This document shows positions 55,110 to 64,000 of a DNA stretch of 64,000 nucleotides, in pieces (position 1 is the stretch's first letter; the number at the start of each line of letters is the position of its first letter). The DNA lies in the NCBI GenBank assembly GCA_963848305.1, contig CAWKDC010000003.1, forward strand, positions 160,001-224,000, read 5' to 3'. The translations under genes were made by a program, and so were the position numbers. Under the pieces are notes generated by a model. That model was not told where the DNA came from, ran no database searches, and worked only from the letters and a program-made list of their open reading frames with translations. The DNA comes from an uncultured Gammaproteobacteria bacterium. GTDB lineage: Bacteria > Pseudomonadota > Gammaproteobacteria > JABCZS01.

Positions 55110-58100
55110 TCAAAGAAAGTTATTCTTAATGTTAGATTTCAAAATATGTTCGCGCACATAGTCTCGAGGTGAGCAGACTTCATCACCCGAGCGGCCACCG
55201 TAGTTAAATGTGACAAGGTGCGCATTCGACTGATGAGATGCATGATGATTTGCTAATCGTTTGGCAATCATCGCATGGCTCTTTTCAGTTAGCCATGGGC
55301 AATTTTCTGCATTGATATAAACTATGTTTGGGCAGTGGCTTAGAATAGCTTCCAGTAAACTATCTGTTATGGGCGTGTTTGAAATATCTAAATTATTTAG
55401 ATTTGATGGGAATAGCCGCGAAATATGAATAGGATTTAAAGATCCTCGTTTTAGCAGCTGCAATCCATTGTGAAGTTTTCGAGATTCATCATTGACGAAA
55501 TGTGGAACATCGTCTAGGCTGCAAAAATTGAAAAGTCTTGATTCACCAGATGTATTGAAAAGTATAAATGCCCCTTCTTGTAATACAACAAAATCTTTCA
55601 CTTCAGTGTAGGAATGGATGCAAGAATAACACTGTTCATGCTTATGCCATACTTTTAATTCGCCATCAAGTGAATGAGAAACAAATACACCGAATGATAT
55701 AATATGCATCTTTGAAATAGAAGCACTATGTTCAGTGATTGTTTCCACAAGCTTCCATTGCTGATTGAAGCGTTTCCAACGTTTTATTGTCTTGTCCCAT
55801 GATGATGAAATTAATGTCCCGTCTGGTAGAACGCATAATGAAGAAACAACATTATCATGTCCGCGAATTGTTTGAACGCATGACCATGCTCTATGACTGT
55901 TTTGTTTCCAAATTTTAATGGTAAGATCATGTGACGCAGAAACGATGCTTCCATCAGGGAGCGACAATATCTGGGAAATGCGGCCTGAATGGCCGAATAA
56001 TTTTTGGGTTATGTTTAATTTTAAGCTGATGTTTGGCTGCAGGAGCTCAATCGTTCCACTTTCTAATCCGACTACAATAGTGCTATTTTGGTACGCACAA
56101 ATGGATGAAATACCCTCGTCGAAATGTTTCAGGATTTTTTTGTGCTGTAAAACACCGTTGTCAGTATCCCAAAGCGTCAAATTGCCGTCTATCCCAGCCG
56201 ATGCAAGTCTTCCATTGGGCAAAAAGGTCAGTGCGATGATTTTGCCCTGGTGATTACGTCCACTGTCTAAGCATTTGGGTGTTTTTGGATCAGTGTTTTT
56301 TAATATGGTTATCTCACCGTCATTTGCGCCAAGTGCTAAAAATCTACCCGGCAAGGTTGTTGAGGCAGTATAAGGTATCTTCCCTTTGGGTAATAAAAAA
56401 GAGTGAGAAGCGATTGATGAGAATCGTGGCATTTGATGAACAATGTCCTCAGCCGGATAATGGTACGAAAGGGGGCTTAGATCTGATGATTTAAGTGTCT
56501 CATAAACATGCATATCGTCTAATGAATTCCCAGGAAGAGTAATGCCAAATTCAAATACAGTATCAAAATAAGGTTCATCTGACATCGATATTCTAAGTCT
56601 TTTGATACCATGTGCACGGAATTTTAATAAAAGATCGCGATCCAAATGAGCATAATTTTTAAGGGTTAGCTCGATGATAAATGTATTTTTTCTCAAAAAG
56701 TCGAATAAACCAAAAACGTCGAGACTTTCATCGAAGCAATCAATGATGAGATGATTGTTCTCTGGATTATTCTGACACATATGTTGCAGTCGCATTCTTT
56801 CGCTTAACATCAAGCAACCATCGATGTTGATATTTCTCAATTGAATATTGGGGTTGTATTCCAAAATATGCATCAACAATTGATCTGTTAAACGCGTATT
56901 GGAGAGATCCAGTTTGAGCATTCTTTTGGAGATCAGTTTTTCTGTATGTGCTCTGGTAAATACGCCATGTTTTAGAAGAATTCTGGCATTGTGGAGAAGA
57001 CGCGCATCCGTGCCCAATCCCTCTGGCGTTGGTTCTGCGCTAAAGCAACTGTAATGACGTAGACTGCCATTCAAAGCACAAGAAATGAGTGTGCCAGTGG
57101 GTAAAAGCATAATGTCAGAAATTTTTTCGTAAGGCATTTCTGTCGTTTTGTTGAAACAATTTACTGTCATGTCTGTGCTGTTATATTGCCAGAAACATAA
57201 AGTAGAGTCCCATGAAGCTGTCACAAATGAATTGTGTGTCAGAATGGAAATGGCTGTGATACTATCAGTGTGAGATTGCGGGGCTGTGATACATGAAAAG
57301 TTATTGCCGGTTTCACGTTTCCATAATTTAAGAGTACCATCTTTAGCGCCAGTGACCAACAGACCCATGGGTAGCAACTGCATGGCAGTGATTTCTGATT
57401 GTCCTGCATCAATCGTATGAATACAATGCCAAAAGACGCTCTTTTTTTGCCAAATTTTGAGTGTTTTATCCAAGGAGCCTGAGACAAGCAACCCATCAGG
57501 GAGTACGGCCAGACAAGTGATTGTATCACTGTGTGGTTCATTTGCATGAACAAATGACCACCCCCACTTTTCATCGTAGCGCCAGACCATTAACTCTTTT
57601 TGATTGCCAGCGGAGACAATGGTGTTATCATCTAATATATGTATCGCATTGATTTGATCATTTTGTACCGTGAGTGTCGCAGTGCATCCCCATTGCCCGG
57701 TGCTATTGCGTTCCCAAATTTTCATGGTATTGTCAAGTGATGCAGAAACCAATCTCCCCTCTGGTGATGCATGCAATGCTGTTATTTGTTTTGTATGCTC
57801 AGCGAGCGTCTCTAAGCATGACCAACTATCACCAGGTTCACGCTGCCATAGTTTGATGGTGTTGTCTTGTCCACAGGATGCATACATCCCTTCAGGTAAA
57901 GCGCGCAATATATGAACTACGCCACTTCTTTCAAAGTATAACGTATTTAACTTAGGTGTATCATGCAATGACAGGGGTGCAATGGGCAAACTAATCTGAG
58001 GATAAGATACGCTCAAGTTTTGAATGATGTCTGATCCCCAGTGTGTGACGCAATTTGGGTTGATGATAAATGAAACATGGGGATATCGTCTGCAACATTC

Positions 58101-61100
58101 AGAGACAAACTGAGCAACTCGAGGGTCTAATGTGATATCGTCTAAATAAAGTTTTTTTAACCCTTTGCTGAAGGCGAGGGTGATCCAATCTTGTCCTAAA
58201 AAATTCGACAGTGAGCGAGGCGCAATGCCTGTAATATTTTTGCACCCACGAACTACAAGGGACATAAGTCTTGTCGAGCGAACAACGAGTCTAAAAAGAT
58301 CATCATCAGTGAGATGGGGATTACCATGATATTCAATATCGCTGATCTCCGGGCTAATCATTTGAGTTAATTTCACATGAAATTCTAGACTTCTTTTCGC
58401 CCATACGGAGGGTTTTATGCTAGCAATGATGGCAGATTGTTCTTTTGGCGTTTTTTGAAAATTGTCAAAATAACCTTGACGTAATTCATTCAAAAGGAAT
58501 ACACGGATATTATCACTTTTTTGAAATGAGGGTAAAAATTTCAATAGCTTGACAGGGCTAGAGGTGTTGTCTTTAAATTCAGCATAATCTCTGTATTCAC
58601 TGCGAGACGTTCCGAAGATCGTTGACTTTTTTGGAGGAGCTATTTTTCCTGTGATGATAGCTATGCTACATGTTTGTGTTTGAGGCATAATTTCTTTAAA
58701 TCGAGCCAAAGGATCTTGATGCTTTTTTCGTACGTTTTGGTAACGCTCGGCAACTTGTGAATTCATTTGGACATGTGCTTCATGAAGCGTCGTATTTTCT
58801 TTGAGTGCCGCACTCATTTTAAAAAACTTTGTGTAAAGTTTTCCCATCGCATGTTCATCAAAGAATGGCTGAATGATCACTTTTTCTTCATCTTTGCTAC
58901 AGTTGAAGAGGGTTTCAATTTCTTCAGCACTGTGCGTTTTTTCAACATAAAGTGTATATATTTCTAATAGCCTCAGCCACAGCTTGATGCGTAGCAGTGG
59001 TAATCGCATGGGGTTTGTTAGGAGCGATTGCACATCCTTGTGAACAGATTTTTCCATGAGATCCAGGCAAAAGAGAATATTCTTAAGTTCAAGATTGCCA
59101 TCTTTGAAAGGATCTCTGATTAAAATGTGGTCGTTATCTATACTGGTTAATTGACCGTTATTCAGAATAATATTCTGTGGTCTACCATCTTCCAAATCTA
59201 GAAAGAAAGACAGTATAACAATGGCCGAGAAGGATTTCAGGTCGATTGAATCAGTGACCACATTGCTAGCGTTTGTTTCTAAAAACGTTTTGAAATTTTG
59301 ACCCTCAATGTGTGGCGTTAATTGGACATAAGATATTTTTCTTTTGCCATTCTGGTGATGAATGATTTTGACGGGCAAGGCGGGGACAAATCCTGGCGCT
59401 TGAACATTGTCATCATCTATGAAAAATGCAGCTGAAAATGCCCATGCAGCGAAGGCGAGTCCGCTTGCGCCCGGATTTTCCTTGATTTGCAAAGGGCCGA
59501 CATGTGCGACATTGTGAACATCATGATGATCAGGATTGATTCTTTTATTGTCGGCACGAATGCCATTTTCATCAAATAACTCTTTTGTATACGCGGGTTT
59601 TATTTTCCAATATTGTCCGAAGAAGTCTTGGATAAACATTTCGCCTCGGGTAATTTCCACTTTTATTGCTTCTAAATCGATTTGTGACCGTTCTGCTATA
59701 TCTGATAGGCCATTTTGAATTGACGATAATCCAGGAGAGAGAACGCATTGGAACAGTTCTTGACGGGTTGGATTCGTGATGGGTGCATCCTCAGATAAAT
59801 ATTCTAAGGCTTCTACATAAATACGTGATTTTGCCCATGCTGTTTGCATTCTACTTGCTTTTTTTTGTAAAAGATAATAAATGCTTTTCCTGCATGCATC
59901 GATGCATCCATCAATAGATTGTTCTTCCCTTCCTGAGTTATGTTCTGTCTCTTTGACTTCTTTCAATGATTTTTTTGCCAGCTCAAGGGCAGTTTTATAG
60001 GCTTGAAGACTCCGGTTTTCATCATCTAATGACAATGCACATTGAGCTATGCACATATAATCTTCGATCGTGAGCGACGTTTTCGTTTGGGAGAGCAGGA
60101 CTTCATAATGTTGCCAAGCCTTCAGACGAATCGCAGGCGTTAGTTCAGCATCTTGTCCTGCTGTATGTAACACTTGACGAAGAACATGGTTTGTTGATTC
60201 TTTTTTTGCTGATGCTTCGGCATAAGCTTGATACAAGCGCTGGAGCAATATATCTTCTGGATTTTCTGTTTTCAGTGTTTCAAGCATTGACACTAAATTC
60301 AAAGCGTCTACTGATGCATTGTCAAGAATCTTCGCTTTTCCTTCGAGCCAATGGCTGAGTCCAATGATCATCGTTTCATTTTGAGGGTAAACATTCGCAT
60401 CACGTTCATTTGGCTCAGGATCTGGCGCGCTAGCCATGCATTCTCCAATAATAGTAGGCCATACATCTGTTTGATGGTGAGCTTTCCTCATGAGTACCGA
60501 CAGGGCTGCACGATGCCATCTGGTGCTATTGGGTGTGTCTTTTTGAGTGTAGATATAGGCTTGTGTTGCGGTTATAGCATTCAAGCTAGCAGTTCTTGCA
60601 TGTATTAGCAAAGTGAAAATAAATGCTTCAGCATCAGGATGTTTTTCTGTGTCCCTGAAAAGCTTTGTAAGCTTCAGTTTTTTAATCACTTCCACAATTA
60701 ATTTTTGAAGCACATCAAAATCTTCATTGATATAAAGTGTTAATCGCGAAAAAATATTTCCATATTCGAAGTTGTCTTTTGTTTCATAGAGTCCATAAAT
60801 TTTGATACAATAATGCACAATAATTGCCATGTGGAATATTTCCGTTTTGTCATTTCGTGTTTTTAAAATTCCTATAAACTTATTTAAATTTTCCTCAGTA
60901 TTCTTTGAATTATTTATTATTTTATTATGAGTAAATATATTTAAATAAATACACATCATTCCTCGTGTGTATAAATTTAAAAGAACCTTTTGAATGCCAA
61001 ATGGGTATGTTTCCAACCCGTTTAGACAAATTAAAGTGTCAATTTTTCTTAGTGCTTCAGGGGTTAGTAAATATTGCCTATCGTATAACATTTGCAAGCC

Positions 61101-62780
61101 AAGAAGACCAGTTTGTTGCAGACCGTTTTCACTGCTTCGAATATTTTCGATATAAACACATAGCATGTCATTCGGTGAGCATGAATTTTCTGTAATTTCT
61201 TTTAGGCCAGAAGGTGGATTTGTTTTGTTGCTAGATTCTTGATAGTGTGTTATAAATTGATTGCCAAGATATTTAACAGTCAGATCGATGTTTGCATATC
61301 TTTGCTTCTCATACGCGTTTCGGTTTCTAGAATCATATGCATATTGTGCGCACTCTAATATTCGCTTTTCGTACGTGCTATGATTATGACGGTTAATCCA
61401 TAGTTGTCCCACACCACCCAGTTTTTCTGCGCCATGCCAATCCACCTTGTTTTTGAAGTCATCCAAAACATATAAATGGCCTACTGGTTCCATTTGCAAT
61501 GCACGTACGACAGGGTCATCATTACCTGCAAAACGATACAGATGCTCATTCAGATATTCTAAGCATTTTGGTTCAAATGATGTTCCAAATAAGGGTTGCC
61601 CGTACGTCAGTGCTTCAGTTGGGTGTTTGAACTGAACAGCATCTGCCATCGCTACTGCTGCAATAGCGCCCCCCAAACCATGTCCCACGTAGAGATGAGG
61701 AACACCTGGATGATAATTTCGGTGAAATTGTAGCATGTCTTCCAGCTGCGGTTTAATTTTTCTGTACGCCCTTGCAATGCCTGAATGAACCTTTCCTACA
61801 CCGTTAAGATGAGTGGTGACTAATCCTTCTGCATGCGTCAGTGTGTTCGCAAAAACATGGTTCCCCTGAAAGGCAATAAAGACTTCACTGTCACTGGCTA
61901 AAATAAGGCAACGAATTCCTCCTTCTTCAAATAGTTTAAAAGCATAAGCTGTTTCTCGACGAGTGTTATATCCCCAAAGCTCTGCTAGCTGTTTGATCTT
62001 ATGTTCATTTTGTTCAACCAATAATGAAAGGCGCAAACCTCGATAAGCTGCTTCCCATTTGTCCATTTCTGATAGATTTTGAAAGGAAGTAGTTATCGGT
62101 TTTTTCTTTTCATCGAGCGGGGGTTTTTCAGTAAATAGAGGGGCTTCGCTTACGGTGATTAATTCTTCTATCATCAGTGCCATGAGTCTATCAGGTTTAC
62201 TACAAAGATATACTCCTGGGGTAAGAGAAGCGATCCCCAGTGCGCAAAGGAATTTTAATACAATTTCTGAGTTTAATGAACGTTGTGCTTCGGGACATCT
62301 CGGAAAATATGTTTTCAAAAAATTCCATGTTTTGTCATCTATTTTGGTTGTGTAAATCTCCAGAATTCCTTTTGAATCCGGATTTATGATGGCTGCTCGA
62401 TGATAATAAGTGGCCTCAGCACAAAATCGTTTTGTCATGCGAACAAGTGTTTCGCCAGGACCTAATAATCTATTGAATTCATCATGCTGAAGAGTGATCT
62501 GTTCGCGAGCGATTATCCCAGCGATTTGAGATAATGCATCACCAGCAATGGGGACTAACGAAAGCGCGATCTGCGCGGCACTCACGATAGATGAAACAGA
62601 GGGAACAAGCACTCTACTGGAGCTAGCCTCTATGCTAGTGACACATTTTCTTAAGTCGGCAGATAAACTAGAATAAAACTCTCGAATTTGTTCCTGTTGA
62701 GCATATGTTTTATTTTGACAGGCTTGATCAATCAGCCATTGGCAGTATTCATCATGTTGGGGGCTATTGATATTTATCAT
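55110..62780 (-). CDS. Giant eukaryote-like multidomain protein: degenerate class-3 lipase, helical region, PI3/PI4-kinase-like domain, LRRs and two WD40 blocks
   Basis: 2556 aa; GKVH.G, GHGLGG, TYGQP, DDPV; DGRPQN...IDND; repeated SxSxDxTxKxW; LD.SNT..TD..L and I..C..L LRR units. Confidence 0.85.
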   Translation of the reverse strand: MININSPQHDEYCQWLIDQACQNKTYAQQEQIREFYSSLSADLRKCVTSIEASSSRVLVPSVSSIVSAAQIALSLVPIAGDALSQIAGIIAREQITLQHDEFNRLLGPGETLVRMTKRFCAEATYYHRAAIINPDSKGILEIYTTKIDDKTWNFLKTYFPRCPEAQRSLNSEIVLKFLCALGIASLTPGVYLCSKPDRLMALMIEELITVSEAPLFTEKPPLDEKKKPITTSFQNLSEMDKWEAAYRGLRLSLLVEQNEHKIKQLAELWGYNTRRETAYAFKLFEEGGIRCLILASDSEVFIAFQGNHVFANTLTHAEGLVTTHLNGVGKVHSGIARAYRKIKPQLEDMLQFHRNYHPGVPHLYVGHGLGGAIAAVAMADAVQFKHPTEALTYGQPLFGTSFEPKCLEYLNEHLYRFAGNDDPVVRALQMEPVGHLYVLDDFKNKVDWHGAEKLGGVGQLWINRHNHSTYEKRILECAQYAYDSRNRNAYEKQRYANIDLTVKYLGNQFITHYQESSNKTNPPSGLKEITENSCSPNDMLCVYIENIRSSENGLQQTGLLGLQMLYDRQYLLTPEALRKIDTLICLNGLETYPFGIQKVLLNLYTRGMMCIYLNIFTHNKIINNSKNTEENLNKFIGILKTRNDKTEIFHMAIIVHYCIKIYGLYETKDNFEYGNIFSRLTLYINEDFDVLQKLIVEVIKKLKLTKLFRDTEKHPDAEAFIFTLLIHARTASLNAITATQAYIYTQKDTPNSTRWHRAALSVLMRKAHHQTDVWPTIIGECMASAPDPEPNERDANVYPQNETMIIGLSHWLEGKAKILDNASVDALNLVSMLETLKTENPEDILLQRLYQAYAEASAKKESTNHVLRQVLHTAGQDAELTPAIRLKAWQHYEVLLSQTKTSLTIEDYMCIAQCALSLDDENRSLQAYKTALELAKKSLKEVKETEHNSGREEQSIDGCIDACRKSIYYLLQKKASRMQTAWAKSRIYVEALEYLSEDAPITNPTRQELFQCVLSPGLSSIQNGLSDIAERSQIDLEAIKVEITRGEMFIQDFFGQYWKIKPAYTKELFDENGIRADNKRINPDHHDVHNVAHVGPLQIKENPGASGLAFAAWAFSAAFFIDDDNVQAPGFVPALPVKIIHHQNGKRKISYVQLTPHIEGQNFKTFLETNASNVVTDSIDLKSFSAIVILSFFLDLEDGRPQNIILNNGQLTSIDNDHILIRDPFKDGNLELKNILFCLDLMEKSVHKDVQSLLTNPMRLPLLRIKLWLRLLEIYTLYVEKTHSAEEIETLFNCSKDEEKVIIQPFFDEHAMGKLYTKFFKMSAALKENTTLHEAHVQMNSQVAERYQNVRKKHQDPLARFKEIMPQTQTCSIAIITGKIAPPKKSTIFGTSRSEYRDYAEFKDNTSSPVKLLKFLPSFQKSDNIRVFLLNELRQGYFDNFQKTPKEQSAIIASIKPSVWAKRSLEFHVKLTQMISPEISDIEYHGNPHLTDDDLFRLVVRSTRLMSLVVRGCKNITGIAPRSLSNFLGQDWITLAFSKGLKKLYLDDITLDPRVAQFVSECCRRYPHVSFIINPNCVTHWGSDIIQNLSVSYPQISLPIAPLSLHDTPKLNTLYFERSGVVHILRALPEGMYASCGQDNTIKLWQREPGDSWSCLETLAEHTKQITALHASPEGRLVSASLDNTMKIWERNSTGQWGCTATLTVQNDQINAIHILDDNTIVSAGNQKELMVWRYDEKWGWSFVHANEPHSDTITCLAVLPDGLLVSGSLDKTLKIWQKKSVFWHCIHTIDAGQSEITAMQLLPMGLLVTGAKDGTLKLWKRETGNNFSCITAPQSHTDSITAISILTHNSFVTASWDSTLCFWQYNSTDMTVNCFNKTTEMPYEKISDIMLLPTGTLISCALNGSLRHYSCFSAEPTPEGLGTDARLLHNARILLKHGVFTRAHTEKLISKRMLKLDLSNTRLTDQLLMHILEYNPNIQLRNINIDGCLMLSERMRLQHMCQNNPENNHLIIDCFDESLDVFGLFDFLRKNTFIIELTLKNYAHLDRDLLLKFRAHGIKRLRISMSDEPYFDTVFEFGITLPGNSLDDMHVYETLKSSDLSPLSYHYPAEDIVHQMPRFSSIASHSFLLPKGKIPYTASTTLPGRFLALGANDGEITILKNTDPKTPKCLDSGRNHQGKIIALTFLPNGRLASAGIDGNLTLWDTDNGVLQHKKILKHFDEGISSICAYQNSTIVVGLESGTIELLQPNISLKLNITQKLFGHSGRISQILSLPDGSIVSASHDLTIKIWKQNSHRAWSCVQTIRGHDNVVSSLCVLPDGTLISSSWDKTIKRWKRFNQQWKLVETITEHSASISKMHIISFGVFVSHSLDGELKVWHKHEQCYSCIHSYTEVKDFVVLQEGAFILFNTSGESRLFNFCSLDDVPHFVNDESRKLHNGLQLLKRGSLNPIHISRLFPSNLNNLDISNTPITDSLLEAILSHCPNIVYINAENCPWLTEKSHAMIAKRLANHHASHQSNAHLVTFNYGGRSGDEVCSPRDYVREHILKSNIKNNFL

Positions 62781-62993
62781 TTAACTACCTCATATTTTTC
62801 TAATAAAGCTAAGTTAGAATACAGCGATTTGAAGGTAGATTGCTATGGCGGAATAATGTTTTTTTGTGTAAGACAATAGCCATTCTAATGGATGGTTCGT
62901 TTTTGATTGTTCTAATATTGACACAGGTCTGTGTATGGTTGTATTATGCCATTTAATTGATAATGAATAAGCACGGTAGATGAGGCATGGCCA

Positions 62994-64000
62994 ATGTTTG
63001 CTCGAGACAGAGAAAATGGATATCCTCCTGAAAAGATACAGGAAATTTTGGATTGTTTGCCTCAGCACCTGATTCTTGGTTTTGCTGAATATGTCCATAT
63101 ATCCACGAATGATTTTTATCAAACAAAACTACCTCCTGCACCTGCTATTTCAAAAGCAATAAAAGCTATGGGATATAAGGGTGAAACGGAGCGATTTTTG
63201 TCAAGCTATGAACCTGTTATCCTCTGGAAGGCACTTATTGAGAGAGATTTTGGGAAAGCAGCATTGGATGAGTATGGTGAAATTTTCGTCCCCAGTAATC
63301 CCTTGACCTACCGAGAGTTCTATCTGAGGTATGCGAAAATCCAACTTGCCTATGAAATCATGAGCTTTAGAGAAGAAATGGAGTTGAGCCCGTACCTTAA
63401 TGGAGAGATGAGCAACATTATTAAGCTTGTCAGTTTGCCTAGGAAAGAACATTTCACCGATATTCTGAGTTGCAATATAGAACTGCATCGTTTTTTAAAA
63501 AATCTTCCCGTACTCATGAGAAGTACGTATTATCGCGACATATCTGTTACGAATGGTGCCGGTGCCTCTATGTGCACTTCCATTTGCTGCATTTAATGGA
63601 AAAATTTTTATACTGCAAGCATTGCTTAGGCTCCCTGAAACAAATGTAAACGATGTTCATCCTGACGGGGGGAGGAGTGCATTGATTTGTGCAATCATAA
63701 ATGGCCATATTGAGATTGTGAAAATATTGCTCGCACAGCCAGAGCTTGCGTTGAATCAGAAAGATTCAGCGAGACTTCAAACACCATTAATGTGGGCGGC
63801 ACAATGTGGACATGTTGATATTGTAAAACTTCTTCTTGCACAACCTGGCATTGATCTGAGTGGAAAAAATAATGATGGCAAGACTGCTCGCATGTTAGCG
63901 GAAATTAATGGGCACGCAGAGGTTGTTTATCTTTTAGACAAAGCTATCATTAATCGTGAAATGATAATTGGTCTTGGAATTTCGATTGTGCTTGGGTTGG
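62994..64000 (+). CDS. Ankyrin-repeat protein with F-box-like N-terminus; frameshift near 63565; runs off window
   Basis: My translation of the frame open from 63520: ALPFAAFNG, RSALICAIINGHIEIVKILL, TPLMWAAQCGHVDIVKLLL, GKTARMLAEINGHAEVV, then a hydrophobic segment. Confidence 0.75.

Noticed and set aside
55070-64000. att-bounded island at tRNA-Pro
   Set aside because: No integrase or duplicated tRNA 3' end seen in the window; cannot be excluded beyond 64000

Overview
A gammaproteobacterial chromosome segment. Gene content (ankyrin/WD40/LRR eukaryote-like ORFs, tandem TyrP permeases, an orphan QseB/PmrA-type regulator) suggests a Legionellales/Coxiellaceae-like host-associated lineage; this is inference, not a database result. 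The backbone is housekeeping: rarA, pssA, xseA, guaBA, tadA, a six-gene shikimate operon (aroA-aroQ-aroE-DAHP synthase-aroB-aroC), fabV, pabA/trpG, rlpA, an aspartate aminotransferase, uvrB, zapD, ubiCA, birA, sodC, queA-yajC-secD-secF, an ArnT-like gene, rpsT and four tRNAs (Asn, Thr, Leu, Pro). Accessory content: (1) an 8.4-kb P4/PICI-like satellite in tRNA-Thr with 44-bp att repeats, candidate arm sites and GCGAAC iteron clusters flanking its DUF927 helicase; (2) beside it, a DUF1016/YhcG nuclease gene between two arrays of a structured 154-bp repeat, plus an inverted relative; (3) a 2556-aa pseudo-lipase/kinase-like/LRR/WD40 protein next to tRNA-Pro, divergent from an F-box-like ankyrin protein; (4) three small palindromic repeat families, one overlapping stop codons and one overlapping start codons. 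About 12 genes, several normally essential, carry single frameshifts that are most likely long-read consensus errors.
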